This document shows positions 34,121 to 38,596 of a stretch of DNA of 38,596 nt, in pieces (position 1 is the first letter of the stretch; every line of letters starts with the position of its first letter). The stretch comes from Octopus sinensis (taxonomy: Eukaryota): assembly GCF_006345805.1 (NCBI RefSeq), contig NW_021832811.1, forward strand, positions 1 through 38,596. Direction: 5' to 3'. Under the pieces are notes generated by a model. It was given only the letters and a program-made list of their open reading frames with translations, was not told the origin of the DNA and searched no databases. The position numbers were made by a program, and so were the translations under genes.

Positions 34121-35389
34121 TTGGGTTGAGGAATAATTCATGAGCCTTTTTTTTGTCAAATTTATTTTTAAAAAATAAAAAAAAATACTTCAACAAATTA
34201 ATCAATAATATACTCTCCTTTATTGTTTACGACTTCCTCTCATCGTTCAATAAGTTTTCCGATGCCTCGGTGATAGAAATCTGCCGGTTTTGACTCAAAG
34301 AATTCGTCCGACCAAGCCCTCACTTCCACGTCATTATTGAACCATACACTGCGCAAAGAGTTAGAAAGAGAAGAAAATCTGACGGCGTCAGATTATGGAG
34401 GATGAGGCTGTACTTCCCGTCCCACTTCTTGAATCGCAGTTTTGGCGATGTGAGGACGGGCGATGTCGTGTTGCAGAAGAACGCCATTTTGCCTATTCGG
34501 TCATTTTTGCTGATTTGCTTCGTTGAGTTGATGCAGTTGTTGAACGTAGAGCTCCGCATTGAGTGTTTGGTTGCACTCAAGCAGTTCGTAATGAATTATG
34601 CCTTCCCAGTCCCACCATACACACAGCATGGTCTTCTGAGGATGGTCTTGTTTTGCTCGTAGAGTCGCTTTTTTGTCGGGGCTGAGCCATTCGTTTCGCT
34701 AATTCATATTGAAATAAAGGCACCATTTTTCATCGCCAGTGACAATGCAGTAAAGAAAAAGCTGTTTGTGACCATCTGTTGAGCGATGTCGAGCAAGCAA
34801 ACTGGTGACGATTGTGGAGCGTTGTTTTTTGTTGTTTTCGCTCAAAGTCTGTGGCACCCAAGCGCCGAGTTTCTCAACTTCGCCTATTGAGTAAAGGTGA
34901 TTCACCACAGTTTTTTTTATTACAATCCATCTGCTCTGCCTATTCTCTGGTCGATTGATGTGGATTTTCATGAAGAAGTTGATTCAATCGCTCTTCATCA
35001 AATTCAGTTGGTCGACCGCTGTTTGATCCGTTCTTGGGGGTCAAAATTCCCATTTTTGAAGCATGAAAACCAAAAGCGGGCAGTACCCTGAGGCATTGCC
35101 CCTTCTCTCCAAACACAGCACAAATTTCAAGAGTAGCTTCTGCGACCTTAACACCTCGATTAAAGGCAAAAAGCAAATGGTGTCGAAAATGCTCAGTTTT
35201 GTCCACTTGACATTCCATTTTATGATCTGAAAATACGCAAAAATCAATAAAATTAAAAAGTCAAAACACACTCCCTTTTAGGGCAAAACATTCTCTATCA
35301 AATAACATAAAACATTTTGCCGATGCGTTTTATTTCTGCGTGCGTTTTTAAATTTGAGAAGAACGCTCAGGAATCATTCCTCAACCCAA
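34121..35389 (-). mobile_element. Near full-length mariner (DD34D-type) transposon, ~1.27 kb, decayed
   Basis: TIRs ttgggttgaggaataattcatgagc / gctcaggaatcattcctcaacccaa (2 mismatches in 25); flanking dinucleotides CA and TT each differ from TA by one base. Confidence 0.93.
34198..35218 (-). pseudogene. Mariner transposase pseudogene
   Basis: MECQVDKTEHFRHHLLFAFNRG..SGRPTEFD; WVPQTL (WVPHEL); IVTGDEKW; LLQHDIARPH; LTPSDF with YSP deleted; FYHRGIGKLIER*EEVVNNKGEYIID*; multiple frameshifts and stops. Confidence 0.93.
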
Positions 35390-35461
35390 TTTGCATTCTG
35401 ATATTTGCTTTCGTTTATTTTTCTATATTTTTTTACTTTCATATACGGATATGCTTTATTG

Positions 35462-35592
35462 CACATTTTATCGATCCTCGGAAAGGATGACTGGCAAAGT
35501 TGACATCGATGGTATTTGAGCACGGACCATAAAACGCCAGAAAAATGCATCTAAGCTTCTTGTCCAATGCGCTAACAATACTGCCAACACGC
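35462..35592 (-). mobile_element. Degraded SINE family A
   Basis: ttttatcgatcctcggaaaggatgactggcaaagttgac..gctaacaatactgccaacacgcc. Confidence 0.65.
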
Positions 35593-35849
35593 CGTTCAGA
35601 ATGAAGTCGGTGGATCATCATTCATACTGTTTCGATTTCATTTAATCGCCTTAATGATAGACACACTCCAGGCTGCACAGAAAATTATTTGTTCCTATAT
35701 AGAAATCGGAAAACACAGCATTTATTGACTTGAAAGGTGACCAGACAAAAATCAACTTAATATACTCATTTAAAACAGTGCTAGATTATTGATTTATATA
35801 TCGAAACCAATATTTTTTGACTAAGTTCAGAATGTCTGGAGATGCTCTG

Positions 35850-35888
35850 CACTGAAGAAACCAAATTATGTCGAAACACCCGTGTCTG
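35850..35888 (+). ncRNA. Degenerate minimal hammerhead motif
   Basis: CTGAAGA 35852-58; weak stem II; GAAAC 35873-77; stem III ACAC-CC-GTGT; GUC triplet 35884-86; stem I only 2 bp (ca/tg). Confidence 0.45.
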
Positions 35889-36274
35889 ATGATCTGCCGA
35901 CGACATTCTTATAGAGTTGCGTGATTTTTAGCACAGAAGTATGTGATTCCTGGAAGGTAGTAAATTGGGGACAGAAAATAGTATTTTAGGGATCCATGGA
36001 AAAAAGTGATTTAGAGGTATCTATTGCAAGAAAAAACTAGGTTTCTCTCTCTGATATTTTACATAGTTCAGCCTATACAAGTTAATGTGTGAATTACAAA
36101 ATAGGAACTTTGAAAGAAGTAGCTCTAAAACTAGTTCCAAAATATCAACTGGATCTGGGGTCCACCAGAATAAAATAGTAATGAATAGGGTCCTTAGAAA
36201 CAGTGTTATAAAGGAATACAAGCGACGACAGCAATATAAAGAAATCCAAACAAATCGGAAAAAAGGAGAAGCAA

Positions 36275-36277
<3 letters not shown>

Positions 36278-36341
<64 letters not shown>

Positions 36342-36358
36342 ATTATATATATATATAT

Positions 36359-36433
<75 letters not shown>

Positions 36434-36482
36434 TATATATACATATATATATATTATATATACATATATATATATATATACA

Positions 36483-36514
<32 letters not shown>

Positions 36515-36521
36515 CATATAT

Positions 36522-36617
<96 letters not shown>

Positions 36618-36658
36618 TGTATATATAATATATATATATGTGTATATATATATGCATA

Positions 36659-36713
<55 letters not shown>

Positions 36714-37080
36714 TGATCGATGTGTATATGTGCAAACACACAGACAGAAACACCTATATAAGATATATAAATAGAACTACATGTTTACATGCATACATTC
36801 ATGCACGCACACACACACATGCACACATACACACATCACACATGTACAACCTATGACAGCATCTCAGCGAACGAGAGACAAGACATGCGTATATATATAT
36901 AGATATATACATGTTTGTGTATGTATGTATGTGAACATATGAGATTTTAATGAGCGTAAGTCAATTTGTGTAAACATATGCATCTAATATATACGTGCAT
37001 ACGTATGTGTATATACATTTGTTAAGTGCATATCTACATATTTAAATGAATATATGTGTGTGTATACGTGTGTGTGTGTG
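36278..37080. repeat. Long (TA)n tract and mixed dinucleotide repeats
   Basis: Direct inspection. Confidence 0.93.
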
Positions 37081-37894
37081 GTTGTTTGTTGGATGGTGCA
37101 GTGATTATGATAGTTATTGTCACTGATAAACGTTGACCCTCCTCGTTTGATGCGTTTTTTGTGTCAAGCGTCCATTAACCGAACCGGAAATTATATTCTT
37201 CGGAATTGTCAGCCATTTCCCCCGTACTTTACCTTCGATGATATCATTAGCATAAGACAGAAACCCAACCCCCAAGACGTCTCTCAATGAACAATCTTTT
37301 CTTCCTTACACATACATACATAAATGCATACATATTTACGTACACATACATACATACATAGATACATACATGCATGCATACATGCATACAGAAGAGCACA
37401 CATACACACATATAAGTGTCTACACATACATATATATACATATATACATACATATGTATGTGTATGTGTGTCTGTGTGTGCGTGTACATATAAGTGTATA
37501 CATGAATATTGTTTTGAAAATATATATTTGTATATGTTTGTGTGGCACATGTAGGTATTATGCGTGTGTGTGTGTATGTGTGTGAATGTGTGCGCAGATA
37601 CATCATGGCCAGATATACACACTTTCCTGAGTGAATATGTATGTGTGTGCATGTGTGTGTATGTGTGTGTGAGTGTGTATAAATATATATATATATATTA
37701 TACACACTTCCCTCTGTCTCCTTACTTCTCTCTCTCTCTCTCTCTCTCTCTCCTTCTGTTTCTGAGAAATACACGCATAGACATAAAACCGACACATAAA
37801 CATACTAACTAAAACGGTGAATAATAAAAATACCCGAAAAGTAAACATTTATAAAGACGAGGGTAAATGTCTGATGGAAAAAAAGACGTCCATT

Positions 37895-37895
37895 A

Positions 37896-37959
<64 letters not shown>

Positions 37960-38046
37960 TAATAATAATAACAACAGCAATAATAATAATAAATAATAGC
38001 AGCAACAACAACAACAAAAACAATATTAATAATAATAATAGTGGTT

Positions 38047-38077
<31 letters not shown>

Positions 38078-38125
38078 GAGTAACAACAACAACAACAATA
38101 ATAATATCAACGACAACAACAATAA
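37895..38125. repeat. (AAT)n/(AAC)n/(GTA)n microsatellites
   Basis: Direct inspection. Confidence 0.93.
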
Positions 38126-38127
38126 TC

Positions 38128-38526
38128 ATTTCTATTATAGGTAGAAGGCCTGAAATTTGCGGGGAGTGGGCTAAGTCGAGTATATCGACCCCAGTGTGTA
38201 ACTGGTACTTAGTCAATCCACCCCGAGAAGAATGAAAAGTTAAGTCGACCGCGGCGGGGTTTGAACTTAGAAGGTAGCGGCGGGCGAAATACCTGTTTCT
38301 TTACTACCCACAAGGGGCTAAACATAGAGGGGACAAACAAGGACAGACATAGGTATTAAGTCGATTACATCGACCCCAGTGCGTAACTGGTACTTAATTT
38401 ATCGACCACGAACGGATGAAAGACAAAGTCGACCTCGGCGGAATTTGAACTCAGAAAGTAACGGCAGACGAAACACGGCTACGCATTTCGCCCAGCGTGC
38501 TAACGTTTCTGCCAGCTCGCCACCTT
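38128..38526 (-). mobile_element. Dimeric SINE family A
   Basis: Core occurs twice, separated by tttctttactacccacaaggggctaaacatagaggggacaaacaaggacagac; head ..gtgctaacgtttctgccagctcgccacctt; sits between (AAT)n tracts. Confidence 0.9.
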
Positions 38527-38542
38527 AACAATGAAAATAATA

Positions 38543-38594
<52 letters not shown>

Positions 38595-38596
38595 TA

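Noticed and set aside
35975-36200. Possible hAT-type MITE remnant (gggatccatgg, ggggtccac, gggtcc motifs) and 91-aa ORF
   Set aside because: No TIR pair or 8-bp TSD identifiable; the ORF has no recognisable motif and runs into (TA)n

Overview
Eukaryotic, AT-rich, gene-poor DNA. The microsatellite load and SINE families resemble octopus (coleoid cephalopod) repeats as I recall them; this assignment is an inference, not a database result. No intact host protein-coding gene is supported, and nearly all listed ORFs are translations of (TA)n/(CA)n/(ATT)n/(GGT)n repeats. The window is a mosaic of three or more tRNA-derived SINE families, four Tc1/mariner relics (one near full length at 34121-35389), a non-autonomous Helitron (7037-7437), a LINE-like zinc-finger fragment and several long fold-backs. 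The most interesting signal is a recurring set of hammerhead-ribozyme (HHR) type I motifs: clear at 205-297 and 14633-14684, weaker at 35850-35888, 6929-6964 and 13106-13141. Several lie about 70-160 nt upstream of a (TA)n-type tract, as expected for Penelope-like element (PLE) or retrozyme termini. A ~790-bp tandem array (10141-12960) is embedded in a TA microsatellite, with terminal redundancy and a degenerate HHR-like motif in every unit; it is a candidate retrozyme-like element.
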